Counted from the whole stretch's first letter, positions 40,771 to 53,119 are shown. The stretch is 63,533 nt of DNA, filler included, from Reticulomyxa filosa (GCA_000512085.1; 21 parts of 21 records of this genome joined end to end with filler, not necessarily neighbours in it); one strand, 5' to 3'. Numbers and translations: made by a program. The notes: generated from the sequence alone by a model not told the origin.

Positions 40771-41536
40771 ATGAGTGAGATTGAAAGTGAGAATGAAAAT
40801 AAGAGTAAAAGCGATAGCTTTGTCTTTGTCTTTGATATTGATTTCCTTCGAGAGACTTTTGTAGATCCACTTTCGGAACTTCAAACAAAGCAGCTTCCAC
40901 AATTGTGTACGTTACCTGCAATGCCCAAAGCATTTTTTGTACCTCAATGTGTCCAACTCGGAAATGAAATACTAATATGCGGCGGAACGGGACTGCGTAA
41001 GTGTTATTCGTACCACGTAGCAAAGGAGCAATACAAAGAAATATGCGAGTATCCAAGAGAAGTGATATTAAATGGACACAATGTTGTGTCGTACCGGCCA
41101 GATGGCAAACGTGAAACGTGACCTGTGTGGAGCCCAAGCAGTGGTGGGTGGTCCCAAATCAAACTTGCTATTTATCACAAGAAAACCGAAGGCATTAGAT
41201 GTAATTAACTTGGACACATTTGAATATTTGGAGGACGTGAAAGACTTGTCATCTCCGTTAAGTTATCACAGCTTTGACCATCATAGTATGGTTTTATTGG
41301 ATTCGAACCGCTTTTTGCTAATCTGCGAAGAGGACATACTTTGGTGTGAGTTCAATGAACAAACCAAAACATTTGCCTATCAAATAGATATCCAAAGAGC
41401 CCTGAGTATTTGTAATTTTTTCGGCATTGTTAAGTTCTTCCATTTGGTTCTGCTTTTCGGAGGGAGAAATGGCTCAGGCAAAAGCCAACGCATCTTTGCC
41501 ATAGTGTCCCATAGTACAGAACAATCGTGCATGTGA
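40771..41536 (+). pseudogene. Kelch-like propeller paralogue with internal deletion and frameshift
   Basis: QCVQLGNEILICGG..KCYSYH...YKEICEYP, then shifted AQAVVGGPKSNLLFIT...INLDTFEY...LLFGG. It lacks the segment present in the 11420 paralogue and ends early. Confidence 0.75.
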
Positions 41537-41719
41537 TCCCTTACATGTTTGACAGAATATATGCTACTCGCAAAACATAAGTAGAGCTCAATTATTGATA
41601 TTCATTCCTCTTTTGTAAATAATGTGCAGAGCATTTTTTTTCTCTTCTTCTGTAAAAAAAAAGGTTAAATGGTGAACCGAAGTATTTGAAAGAAATAATT
41701 TTAAAAAAATTGTATTAAA

Positions 41720-42085
41720 TCAAAAAGTTGAGGTTAATTGTTCCAAATTTTCAGTTGGATCTATAAATCCTTCATAAGTGATATCAGCAATATATGGTTT
41801 AAATTGATTACGAAATTGATTGACATTAACAGCAATTTTGACATCAACTTCTCCTCCACCCATCCAAAAATGTCCTAATTCCAAGACTCGATGAGATAAA
41901 ATGATAGGAATATCTGAATATTTGATACCAATAGGAGTAACTGCATTATGATCAAATCCAGTAACTTGTAATGATTCTTCAGGTGAAGCAAGACGAAATT
42001 TAAAATTTTTTTTTGAAATTTCATATCCATTAATATATCGAACAAATTTCATTATTTTTTCAGAGCAAAGTTTTGTTACATATTG
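41720..42085 (-). CDS. YbaK/aminoacyl-tRNA editing-associated domain protein, last exon
   Basis: QYVTKL...FKFRLASPEESLQVTGFDHNAVTPIG...PIILS...FWMGGGEVDVKI. AG acceptor at 42087-42086. Confidence 0.8.
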   Translation of the reverse strand, partial: QYVTKLCSEKIMKFVRYINGYEISKKNFKFRLASPEESLQVTGFDHNAVTPIGIKYSDIPIILSHRVLELGHFWMGGGEVDVKIAVNVNQFRNQFKPYIADITYEGFIDPTENLEQLTSTF

Positions 42086-42739
42086 CTATTTTTATTTTTT
42101 TTATTTTATTTTAAAATAATAATAATAATAATANNNNNNNNNNNNNNNNNNNNNNNNNNNNNNNNNNNNNNNNNNNNTTAATTAATTAANNNNNNNNNNN
42201 NNNNNNNNNNNNNNNNNNNNNNNNNNNNNNNNNTCTTAGAATCTTTTTAGAGGTGTTATTATGATTCATTTTTTGAATTGTAAGTTTTTTTTTAGACAAT
42301 AAAAACTACTCTTAATGTAAAAAAGAGAAAATATGTATCGCTTTATCTATATCAATGCAGAATATGCTTTATATCGAATCCATTCAACAACATTATTTAA
42401 TGCGTTTATTCAAAGACTTTGGTAATAAGCTAGAAAAAACAACAATATTACAGACATGGAAAAATTACAATCAAATTTATTATGAAACAAATCTTGGAAA
42501 TCACAAAGAACAATTCCAATAAAGAAATATTTCTTTGTGTTAGTAATAAAAAAAACGTAATCAAAAAGAATTTTTAAACGCATTATTTTTATTTGAACAC
42601 ATAAAAACTAAATCAGATAACTTGCCACATTTATCAATATGGAGATAACTGACATGAGAGAACAAATGGCAAACCAGAATGCGACAAACTTTTTCAATAT
42701 TGTTTGAAATGATAATAATAATTATTCGTTCTAATAGCT

Positions 42740-42920
42740 TTTTTAACATGAAAATGCAGAACAAGTGTATTTGTTTGGAAAAGAATGTTTGTAAAATATT
42801 TGAAACAAAGCAATGGAAAATGTCCAATTCAATAACACGCATTTGTAAAGAGTAAACTTCGAGATAGCAAATTTCAAACATATTGGCAATCTGTCCTCGA
42901 TAGTATGATTGAAAAGAGGA
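42740..42920 (+). pseudogene. Decayed RING-like zinc-finger family fragment
   Basis: HENAEQVYLFGKECL..YLKQSNGKCPIQ..H...LAICPR with in-frame stops. It parallels HEN..E...GNCLKQFL...CP...H at 1-100. Confidence 0.6.
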
Positions 42921-43286
42921 GACAATATTAGGAGAAAAAGAAGAATGCGATAAAGGAATAATTATAAATATGAACACTTATTTATTTCATTCACAAATAT
43001 CTTACAATTTATTCTGAAAAGCATTTCTGCTTACGCAGATTGAATACAAAATTCAAAATAAGTAACCTTCTATTTTTTATTTCAAAATTTTTGCATTGTA
43101 AAATTGTTGTTACTAATTATTGTGATGCAAAGATATTTTACAAAATGTAACATTTATCTCTCATTTCAAAATGTTTCTTATGTACACGTTAGTTTAGTTT
43201 TTCCTTTTTTAAACAAAAGTTCAACAATTTTTTTCATCTTGAATCATCAAAAAACATATCAGGAAAAAACTAAAAAAAGCTCAAGA

Positions 43287-43450
43287 ATGAACTTAAACTT
43301 ATCAATCAAAGTTAAGTCTAAGTTGTCTTTACGTTTTTATTCTTTTATTTATCGTGATTACGTGTAATTGAAATAGTCAAAAGAAGAAGAAGAGATCCAA
43401 ATCATTATTCATCATTGGATTCGAACATTCAACATTCAATTAGGATGGAT
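43287..43450 (+). CDS. 5' end of a gene starting with the WIR...LGW helical module (partial)
   Basis: ATG 43287 MNLNLSIK, GT-AG intron 43311-43376, then SKEEEEIQIIIHHWIRTFNIQLGW until the contig ends. Confidence 0.55.
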
Positions 43451-43550
43451 NNNNNNNNNNNNNNNNNNNNNNNNNNNNNNNNNNNNNNNNNNNNTTAATT
43501 AATTAANNNNNNNNNNNNNNNNNNNNNNNNNNNNNNNNNNNNNNNNNNNN

Positions 43551-43774
43551 TCCTGTAATTTTGCTTCTACTGCTGCATCAATATATTCTTCCAACGTCAT
43601 CTCTGGATTGAAGATTTCCTTATTTCTGCATTGACGAGACACCAGCCCGCCAGAGAAGAGCGATTCTTCCAACAGTGACTGAACACAACTGAGTGCTGTT
43701 TTTTTGGACTTGTCGTCGAAGCTTTCATTTTTTTGCTTCAGAATTTCTTTTGAAGATGCGTCGTTGAATTCCAT
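43551..43774 (-). CDS. 5' fragment of a hypothetical protein
   Basis: ATG-initiated open frame with coding-like composition; runs off the contig end. Confidence 0.35.
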
Positions 43775-44239
43775 GAACTCTAGCCAAACTTTAGAACCAA
43801 AATAAACACAATGTGGGTATCAAATGATTATTAACAAAAATAAAAGTAAGAAAGTTTGAAGGTGTCTCCTTTTGTTTTGTATACTAATGCTTTCTTTTTG
43901 CAATGACAACTGACATCAAAGTTACAATGAAAAGCTGTTATTGCCAAGTGTTTAATAGTTCGTTAATTTTATTGTATTATACATATTAAGTAGTATCATT
44001 TTACATTGTCGGCAATTTTGAGAAAGGCATAACAAATAAAATTTTCACATTACAAAATTTTGTATACAATGAAAAGCAAAGTTGTACACTCAGCAAAATC
44101 AGATAAAATTAAAAAGAAAATTATAAAGTAATAAATACGGAGAAGTACGTGATAAAGAACAGTTATAATAGACAAATGCATTAAAGTAAGCGTAGAACAG
44201 TGTTTTTCCCCTTTTTCTTTTGGTAATGTCTCTGCTAAA

Positions 44240-46983
44240 ATGAGCGAAGCATCTCAGCAAGCAACAAAGTCTGAGCCCGGAGAACACACTACCACGGGCG
44301 AGACGACGTCAATAGGATCGGCATTAAAAACATGGTTGGCCGAGAACAAGCTGAGACAGTTTGAAACGCAAATACAAGAAAGCAAAGTGTCACTAGAGGA
44401 ATTGTTGAGCATGGCCCCTGAACAACTCGAGTTACATTTGCAAAAAAAAAAAAAAAAAGTTTGATGTAGAAGAGTACTAGCTCTCATCGTCATACACAAC
44501 AATATAAAAAAAAAAAAAAAAAAAAGAAAGTATTGCCAAGAGACATTAAAACTGGACATTTTATCAAAGAAAAGACTAATGCGCGGAGTAGCAAAAACCA
44601 AGGAAGATAGAACTACAGCAAACATGAATCTGATAAGCGGTGAGCCTTTCAAATGGGTAACAAAAAATAAAAACACATAACAAATAATGAAAATAATGAT
44701 CAACTTTTTTTTTTTAAAATGTAAGCACGTAAGGAGGGGAGAGGGAAGAAAGGGAAAAAAAAAAAAAAAAAAAAAAGGGGGAAGAGGATGCAACGTATAA
44801 AAAAAAAAAAGCAAAAACTTACGTCAACGTATCGTCAGAAACTCCCTCACGACTACACATAACGGCAAGCAGCGAAGAAGATGAAGCCTTTGGGAAGCTC
44901 GAAAAAGTAGAAAAAAGGGTGGATATATTGACAGAGAGAATTGTGAAGGATTTGAATACTCTTGAAATAGCAATAGCAACAGCAACAGCAACAACAAAGG
45001 GCGTGGATGATGTAAAAGAAAAAGACGTGCACATAAAAGAGTTGGAAGCAAAACTGACAGAGATAGTGGCGAGACTAGAAGATATAATGAAAAGGATGGA
45101 CCAAGAATGCGAACAAATCATCAAGGAGAAACTGACAACGTTGCAGTCGCAACTCAAGCAACATAAACAAAACTGCTTGCGGCTGGAAGAGGCGCAAAAG
45201 CAAATGCTCAAATATTCCAACAGTGGAGACAAACACAAGCTCATCCAAGAGTGCGAAAAAATCTTGCTTTTGATTGATTCACCATATACGGTTTTGCGAT
45301 TCAGAACTGATCCATTTGTCAAACTTAGTATCAATTTTGACCTCTTTCATCAGGTTTTGTTTTTTTTTTTACAAAAATAAATATGTATATGCACATACAT
45401 ATATGTATTGAATAGGCTTTGCAAACAATGAAAATTGATTCATGTGATCAACCGAAACCTTTTTTTATACATGCTTTAGAATCTTCCCTCGATTCCGTTC
45501 ATGTTAATCTTTACATTCTTATATTCCCTTCTCTCTCCCCCCTCCTTTTTTTTTTATTTAATGTTATCTAATCCCCCACCTTTTTAGTTTGCAAATGCAA
45601 GCGTGAATGCCCCTATTATTATGATGACCGAATAGATTGCATTAGAGATGCCGACTAATGACATAAGTGCCATGCCGGCCGAGGAGGTGGAGATTCAATA
45701 TTGCTTGGCTTCGAAAGAAGATGCCAAAAAATGGCACAATCAAAACCATGCAGGTAAAAACGACAATTTTGCTGATGAAGACCATTTCCGTTGGAAGGTG
45801 TTCCAGACGTATTCCATTGACGAACTGCATAGCGTTTCCAAGCATGTTCAAAACAAATTTTCAAAAAAAGTCGCCAAATGGCAAGAGGTGCTTCGGACTG
45901 ACAACATATCTGCTAGCAATACGAATTCCCTCAAAACAAACGAGATACCGGACAAGCCCAGCAAAAATGAAGATAAACATAAGAAAGCAGAGAATGAGAA
46001 GAAACAGTCAAAAGAGAAAGGAAAAGAAAATGAGAATGGTGAGGGTAGTGATGATGATGGCTATGATTATGGCTATGATTATGACCATGACCATGATCGT
46101 GACGATCATGAAGAAAAAGTAGACACTTATGACAATGCAAACAAACAACTAACCGACTCAAACATATTCTTTTATTGCATAATCAACTATTTGTATTTTC
46201 AGCAAATGTATTGCATTCGCTCTCGCGCAAAAAATAAATTTGGATGGGGTCCCTTTGGAAATTGTGTTTTCGCAAGCACTTTGAATATAGGTTTATTTTT
46301 GTTGATATCTAAAAAAAAAAAAGTATATTTATGTGCATATACATATAGATTTGTATATGTAATATACCCAAATAGAACAAAATCATGTAAAATGGGATCG
46401 ACGAGTGGCAAGAGCAAAGCAGCTACCAGTGCGGATCGACAAACATGGAATAAATTGTGAGTGGAAGAACAATAAATATGCTACAATACCTTGTAATTTC
46501 ATAATATCAAAAAAAAACTATCGGAAATTTGCTTGGGAATGTGTAGTTCATGACATTCCTGTGGGGGGCATTTGCTTGGGATTTATTATCCTCCCAAAGG
46601 ACAAGAGAAAAAGCCTTGAAAATTGGAAAGGGTTTTCCACCTGGTGTGGAAATCCTTTGGGACAATCATCTTCTTTTTACTTTGGAGGGAACAGCAGTGC
46701 TATGAAGTATGACAGTGGCTCCTCCTCAAATGCCAATTTTCTTCCTCTCCCTTCCAAAGGTGACAAGTTTCGATTTATCTTGTACTGGAAGGAAAAAAAA
46801 GTTGACATGCTACACAACGGCCAATTTAAGCTCAGTTTCACGGGAATGAAAGGAGGGGCCATTGTACCTGCTGTTAGCAATAATGGCGGAGGTGGTGGAC
46901 GTGTCAGCATCAAATTCGTTTCTGGTCATTCCAACGTTTTGCAGAAATCTCGGCCAGAAAAAAAGAGATGTACCATTCAATAA
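44240..46983 (+). CDS. Multi-exon SAM-like / coiled-coil / FN3-like / SPRY-like protein with C-terminal CaaX
   Basis: LKTWLAENKL...SLEELLSM...LDILSKKRL (SAM-like); long coiled coil; EVEIQY and YCIRSRAKNKFGWGPF (FN3-like); FAWECVV...ICLGFI...GDKFRFIL...HNGQ...IVPAVS (SPRY-like); ends EKKRCTIQ-TAA. Confidence 0.75.
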
Positions 46984-47312
46984 GAGGAATAGCCTAACGT
47001 TTTTTTTGTAATAACAACATTGAAAAAGACTTGTATACACAACAAAATTTGGAGCAGCTGATATACTATTCCTAAGCTAATTGCTGTGACTATGAAATAC
47101 TTTTTGTAGTATAACCGAATTTTAAAATTTTTTGATCTTTTTTTTTAGTTTCTGCCAAACTTTTCAACATTTTAAATCATTACTTTCGAAAAAAAATTTA
47201 TACCAGTTGAAGTTTTTCAAAAAAAATTTTTGCAAACACAAAACAAATTTGACCATTTGATTTAGAATCAGATTGTTCAACAGAATAAAGTTACAAAGAT
47301 GTATTTAGATAA

Positions 47313-48540
47313 TTATTGATATGTCTCATATCTTCCTTTCGATTCAGTGTTGAGACTTTCTTCTTTGGGTTTTAACAAAGAAACTTCTTCTTGCTTTCTA
47401 CGACGGGACCACCAACATCCCCCAGCAATAAGTAAAATAATAACGAGCAACGGGATGATCACGGCAACAGCAATTACTCCAGCGTCAGTACTAGAGCTTG
47501 ATGAACTACTCTCCACACATTCTTCAGTGCCGCATTGACCATCACAGTACCATGTGTCTGACAAAAAACAAAACAAAACATGTGCACTTAAACACTCAGG
47601 AAAAATGTATTTTATTTGATGAAATGACGCATTACAAACAACAATAATAACAATCAAAAAAAGAATTAAACTTTGATCTTCCTCCAATGTAACAGGACAG
47701 TTGCACGAATACCTTTCACCACAATGGATAGTAACACTATCACATGACTCGACTTGATCAATTATTTGACATGTTAGATTTACCGAGTTTCCATATGCAT
47801 AGTTGCTCGAAGTGTAGATATCGATATCTTTGCATGAGGCATAGGAAGACGTAGGTCCGCTGCCCAAGAGACAGTTAACATTACATGAGCTCATCGAGGG
47901 CAAAGGTTCGGGGCAATACACACGGCCTTGTGCACATCCATTCTGTGTACAAGTAAGCGTTGTGTTGGAAAAGGCTGTCATATTGAGGATTCCATACTCA
48001 CAAGCAAGTCCGGTAGCACCATTACAAATCAGTTGCATATCCTCAACAAAATAACCATTTACTGTCATATTGTAGCATGATCCTCCTGCCAAGCCTTTCA
48101 TTTTTTGTATTTTTTTATTAAAAAAAAAAAAAAAAACCAACTTGTCAAAAACCAGACCAATTATCCACGTTACAAACAAAAAGGGTAACATAAAAAGCAC
48201 AACGAAACAGTTGAAAGTAACACGCTCCAAATATTCAAAATTCCATAGCGATTCCCTCATGGGGTAAGTCGACTCCACTTGCACAATTGCTTCCAACAGG
48301 TTGTTTCCGGTAATGCGAAATGCGGCCGAGTTGCACGATTGGAATCCGTTGCATGCAATGTTGGCTGTCTGGCCAACGTACGAAGCTTGCAAGTTCAATC
48401 CATTGCACCCATTTTCACCGGTACAATTCAAGCCTACGTTTTTTGCGCCAGCAACAACGATATGTGCGTTCAAACATCCCTCATCAACGCAATCCACTTG
48501 CAGTTGCGATGTGTTTTTAACTTCGGTTGAGTTCATATTT
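47313..48540 (-). CDS. Cysteine-rich type I membrane (surface) protein, 3' part, spliced
   Basis: Repeating C-x4-6-C units (LNCTGENGCN, IACNGFQSCN, LTCTQNGCA), a poly-Ser linker, a TM helix (VIAVAVIIPLLVIILLIAGGCWW), basic stop-transfer SRRRK and a short tail. Confidence 0.8.
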
Positions 48541-48768
48541 ACTATCGATCAAAAGACAGAGCATACGGAGAGGAGAGAAAAAAAAGTCAAGCAAACATTT
48601 GTAATAATTAACGTAGTTTCTTCCTCTCTCTCTCTCTCTCTGTCTCTCTACAAAAAAAAAAAAAAAAANNNNNNNNNNNNNNNNNNNNNNNNNNNNNNNN
48701 NNNNNNNNNNNNTTAATTAATTAANNNNNNNNNNNNNNNNNNNNNNNNNNNNNNNNNNNNNNNNNNNN

Positions 48769-49202
48769 CAAAGCCGTGGTAGCCAATGTCGTTGGCACTT
48801 ATGAAAAGGGGATCCAGAAGAAGGACTGGAACAATGCCAACGTTGCCAAACTCCTCTCTTCTGATCATCTCGTTGCGAGACAATTCAAGAGTTATGCCTC
48901 TGCTTTGTTTATATACGTAGTTGCTCAAATAAACAAACAAATGTTATATATACATATATAATCATCCTTTTTTTTTTTTTTTTTTTTTGGTATTGTTTGA
49001 ACATCATAAAACAGAATTGGATGTGGACGAAGATGGATTTGTGACTGCCCAGGACTTGATACAAATATTTGATGATCTGCCCATTGAACAACTGCAAGAC
49101 ATGATCAATGAAGTGGACTTGGATCTTGACGGACAAATCAATTTTGAAGAGTTTAAGAAAGTGATGGCGTTTGAGCCTGCTTTTGTTACTTTGTCTGCAT
49201 AA
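48769..49202 (+). CDS. C-terminus of an EF-hand calcium-binding protein (calmodulin/CDPK-like lobe)
   Basis: Intron 48891-49014 gives QFKKLDVDEDGFVTAQDL...MINEVDLDLDGQINFEEFKKVM, an EF-hand pair. Confidence 0.85.
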
Positions 49203-50182
49203 TCACCGACGAACATGCAACTCGTTAATTCTTGCACTGTATGTGCTGTGTCGTATTTGTGTGGGTTTTCTTGTTTCTCACTTTTGTGTGTACATTTGTT
49301 ACAAAAAAAAAATGAGCGTTTTTTTTTTGCTAGTTTGAAAAGGTGAACGTTTGTGTGTTTTTTGTATTTCAACGGCAAGATTTGAATCTAATTTGTCAAA
49401 AGTTTTACTGTTTTTTTTTTGTTGTTGTTTTGTTTGTTCGTTTGTTTGTTTTGTTTGTCTCGTTTTATTTTGGTTCTCCTCCAAGGACTAGTTCAATTCT
49501 TGAGATCATATTCTGTGACATGACTTGCACCATTTCACCCATGGCAATGAGTAGATTGATACTTTAATGCAAAGATAAAATGGATCAAATATACATTTGG
49601 GTTGATTTGATGGGTGTGTTTGTCTTTATGTAATTTTTTCTTTTTTTTTTTTAATTATTTGGATCCAAAAAATCGCAAATTCAAAGTGTTTGTCGAACAC
49701 ACTCGATGCAAATACAACCTAAGTTCACAAGTATCAAACTCAAAATGCTCGGTTTTTTCTCTTTGTGAAAAGGTGATGTATACTTGATAAAATTCGAACG
49801 TGCACAACACGAGGAGGTCATTCAACTACTTTGCTATATACATTTTGCATTACCATGCTGACAAAAAAGACAATTGAAAAGATTAACGCTTTTTGTTGTT
49901 CTACCCGTGGTAGCAGAGAGTCAGTTTATCGTTTTTTTATTGATTTGACTTTGCCTCTTCAGTCACAGTTTTATATGAACAAAAAACGCTATCACAAATT
50001 ACTTTAAATGTATTTCTCTTCTTATTGAAAGGACGTAAGAAGAAAAATAACCAAAAAAAAAAAGATAAAAAAAGATTAAAAAATAAAAAAGTAAAAGTTT
50101 GTCATTGCACTCAATGCTAAAACACATCACAGCAACAAAAAAATTGTAACCTATTTTACAAAAAAATTTTTTTTTTTTTTAT

Positions 50183-50806
50183 TCAACAGTACCTATGGAT
50201 CAATTCTTGCAACGGACAATGAACAGTAGTGGGTTTGATGGATTCACGATAAGTGTGTGAGTTCATGGCATCACTGTGAATGAGCAGTCCTTTTTTTAAC
50301 GACTCAAGTATTTTGTCCATAGTTTCAAAAGATATTTCGCAGTGGAGCAATTGTGCTGCGGATTGTGCTCTGCTCATTTTATGAGCCAAATGTTCGCTTA
50401 CTTTGTCTTCCAGCTCCAATGCTCGGGAATGCAATTCTACTGTTCCTACAGTGGTCGCAATCGACATGGTGATCTGCGATTGCAAGTCAGTTCTTTTATT
50501 GAAGGATTTGGCATTACTATTGTCAATCCCCGGTACAGATTTCGCTGCAAGGCGAACATCGTTCGGGCCATTCCGAATATAGTTATTGTCATTTTGCAGT
50601 CTTTGAAACACATTGGTTAAGTCTGTCGAAAAACGGCGCAGCTTATCCCATCTCTTTTCTTTTTCTTTTCCATTTCCCGCATTTGTTTCTAGTTTTATTA
50701 TTATATACATAAAATTATAAAAATGTGTATATATGTATACGTATATATGCACATATACATATATATTATTTGTTCTGGTCACAAACATCTTAATGGACGT
50801 TACGCC

Positions 50807-50837
<31 letters not shown>

Positions 50838-51260
50838 GAAAGGAAAGAACCTGTAGAATTGTTTAAGTCATCTCCAGATGTTACTTTGGTATATTCGTGA
50901 TCCAATGCAATCGGTAAAGTGCGACTTCCTTTGATTATCTCATTTTGTTGGCCGACAGGACTGTTGGCATTGCCATGGTTATTATAGTTATTGTTTTTAT
51001 TACGATTGCCGACACTGCTGTCAGAGTCTTTGGATAAGGAAGATAGTGGATAAATATCAACCGGTGGCGTAACCGGTTCTTCCAACATCGTGACGTTCCG
51101 AACAAATTGAATCTTACGAATCACTGCCCGATCCACAAGTTTGTGAGCAATAAAGCACGATTGCTCATACAGCTTCTGGTTGAATTTCCATGAAAGATAT
51201 ATCGTGACACTGTTCAAGCACGCTTCCAAAGAAAAAACAATCGAGTCATTTGCAAATCCC
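50183..51260 (-). CDS. 3' part of a membrane protein: last TM helix plus long cytoplasmic tail (orphan 7TM-like)
   Basis: SIVFSLEACLNSVTIYLSWKFNQKLYEQSCFIAH resembles TM7/helix 8 of protist 7TM proteins. It is followed by an S/T/N-rich tail with an intron near 50860-50690. Confidence 0.5.
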
Positions 51261-51295
51261 TATTTTTCAAAAAAAAAAAAAAAAAAAAGAAAATT

Positions 51296-51336
<41 letters not shown>

Positions 51337-51511
51337 NNNNNNNNNNNNNNNNNNNNNNNNNNNNNNNNNNNNNNNNNNNNTTAATTAATTAANNNNNNNN
51401 NNNNNNNNNNNNNNNNNNNNNNNNNNNNNNNNNNNNTTTTTTTTTTTTTTTTTTGTTTTCAAACCCCCTTTTTTTTTTCCCCCTCCCCTCCTTTTTATCC
51501 AACAATAACTA

Positions 51512-51542
<31 letters not shown>

Positions 51543-53073
51543 GAATTTTTGCAATGGAATGAACATTGCAGTGACGGGAAGCAATACTATTGCATGATAT
51601 TGGAGTACTGTTCTCATGGGTCTCTAGCAAAGTTTGTCAGCAAATATCACTCGTCTTTCTACGAAAATCATTACCAGGAAGTGCAATATATCCGCAGTTT
51701 CGAAAGTAGTATGCCGTCATTATTTCCGCAGATCCAGTCGTTGTTACAAAGGTTATTTGCCGCTCCTCCTTCCTCAAATGGCAGCACTTTGATGCAAGCG
51801 CCGGTGCTGGGATCTGCTGCTTTGGAAGTGGATGTCACATCAACAGTGACAACAGCAACAGCAACAACAACAGCAACAACAACGTCCCCCCCTTTGGGTG
51901 TATCTGAGAGTACGATGGGAGAGATTATTCGAATGCGTGGAATGGATTTCTCGACGCAGACGTTGAAGGTGACATTTGGCATGTCCAACGAAGATGTGCA
52001 ACTGCTGCAGTCGTACCAAAAGTATTTGCGACTGCGACAGCGCCACGAGAAGTTGCAACATGCCTGTTCGATGGGATGGAACGGAAAAGAAAACAAGTAT
52101 ATGCAAATGGTGAGGAAGCTGTTCACCGAGTTGGTCCATACCGTGCATATCCTGCTTCGAAAGGGTTATTTGCATTTGGATTTGGCTTTGCAAACAGTGT
52201 TGATTGCTACAAAAAAGTCGACAGCGACAGCGACTGCAACTGCAACCAGCATTCATACCAATGTGAATTGTAATTGCAATAACAATAACAATAACAATAG
52301 CAATAGCAATAGCAATAGCACTAGCACTAGTGCTAGCAATAGTAATAACAGTGATAATAATAACAACTGCAATAATGGCAATGGCAATGGCAATGGCAAT
52401 GATAATGAAATGGAAGGTTTGTCCACTCACAACGATGGCAAGGCCAAAGATACCACGAAATTGACCATCAAACTCTGTGAATTTGGCCGCGCCAAGTGCT
52501 TTGTCAAGCGCCACGCGGGTACAAAGGCGTCCAAAAAAGACAATGGCGCGATAATGGAAATGCCTTGCGACTTCTATGCTCGTGCTACCATGAGCAGGAA
52601 GCAATATATGTCCCCGGAAGCGTATCAATGCTATCTCGCCAACGCACAAGGTGTCCTCTCACTTTCTCAAACTTTGTCTCACAAACACATGTCCACCTCT
52701 CCTACTACTACTACTCCTACTACTACTACGACGACGACGACTGTAACTAGTACTTTGACTTCTTCTCGCTCCACTGGCGCACCCTCTGCCATCAACACTT
52801 TGATAAAGCACTCTGCGACGTCCACTTTGGCACAGTCCATGACCCCACCCACGCTCGGCGAAAAGCCAAAAAAACGTCAAATCAATGCCCCTGCCACCGC
52901 CACGACTACAAGCCAACATCAGCATTCATCGCTCGCAAGTGCGTCCAAAAAACTCGCATTTGAAGATATTCAGCCTATTTTGAAGCGGCTCAATCGAAAA
53001 GCACAAAAAGAGGAGCAAAAAAAAGAGAAGCTGAAAGAAAAGGAAAAAGAAAAAGAAAAGGATAACAATAATA

Positions 53074-53119
<46 letters not shown>

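Noticed and set aside
1-41536. Widespread frameshifts as evidence of programmed frameshifting or insertional RNA editing
   Set aside because: No shared slippery motif, indel sizes vary, and shifts cluster in redundant paralogues that also carry stops and large deletions. Conserved genes such as JMJD7 and CAT splice cleanly.
41720-42085. YbaK domain as bacterial contamination or recent transfer
   Set aside because: It is preceded by an AT-rich intron acceptor, sits on a contig of spliced genes, and free-standing YbaK-like proteins are known in eukaryotes.
28326-42133. Gene-dense stretch as an operon or functional cluster
   Set aside because: The genes are intron-containing, on mixed strands and functionally unrelated (actin, JMJD7, DNAJC11, TM9SF1, Kelch, YbaK).
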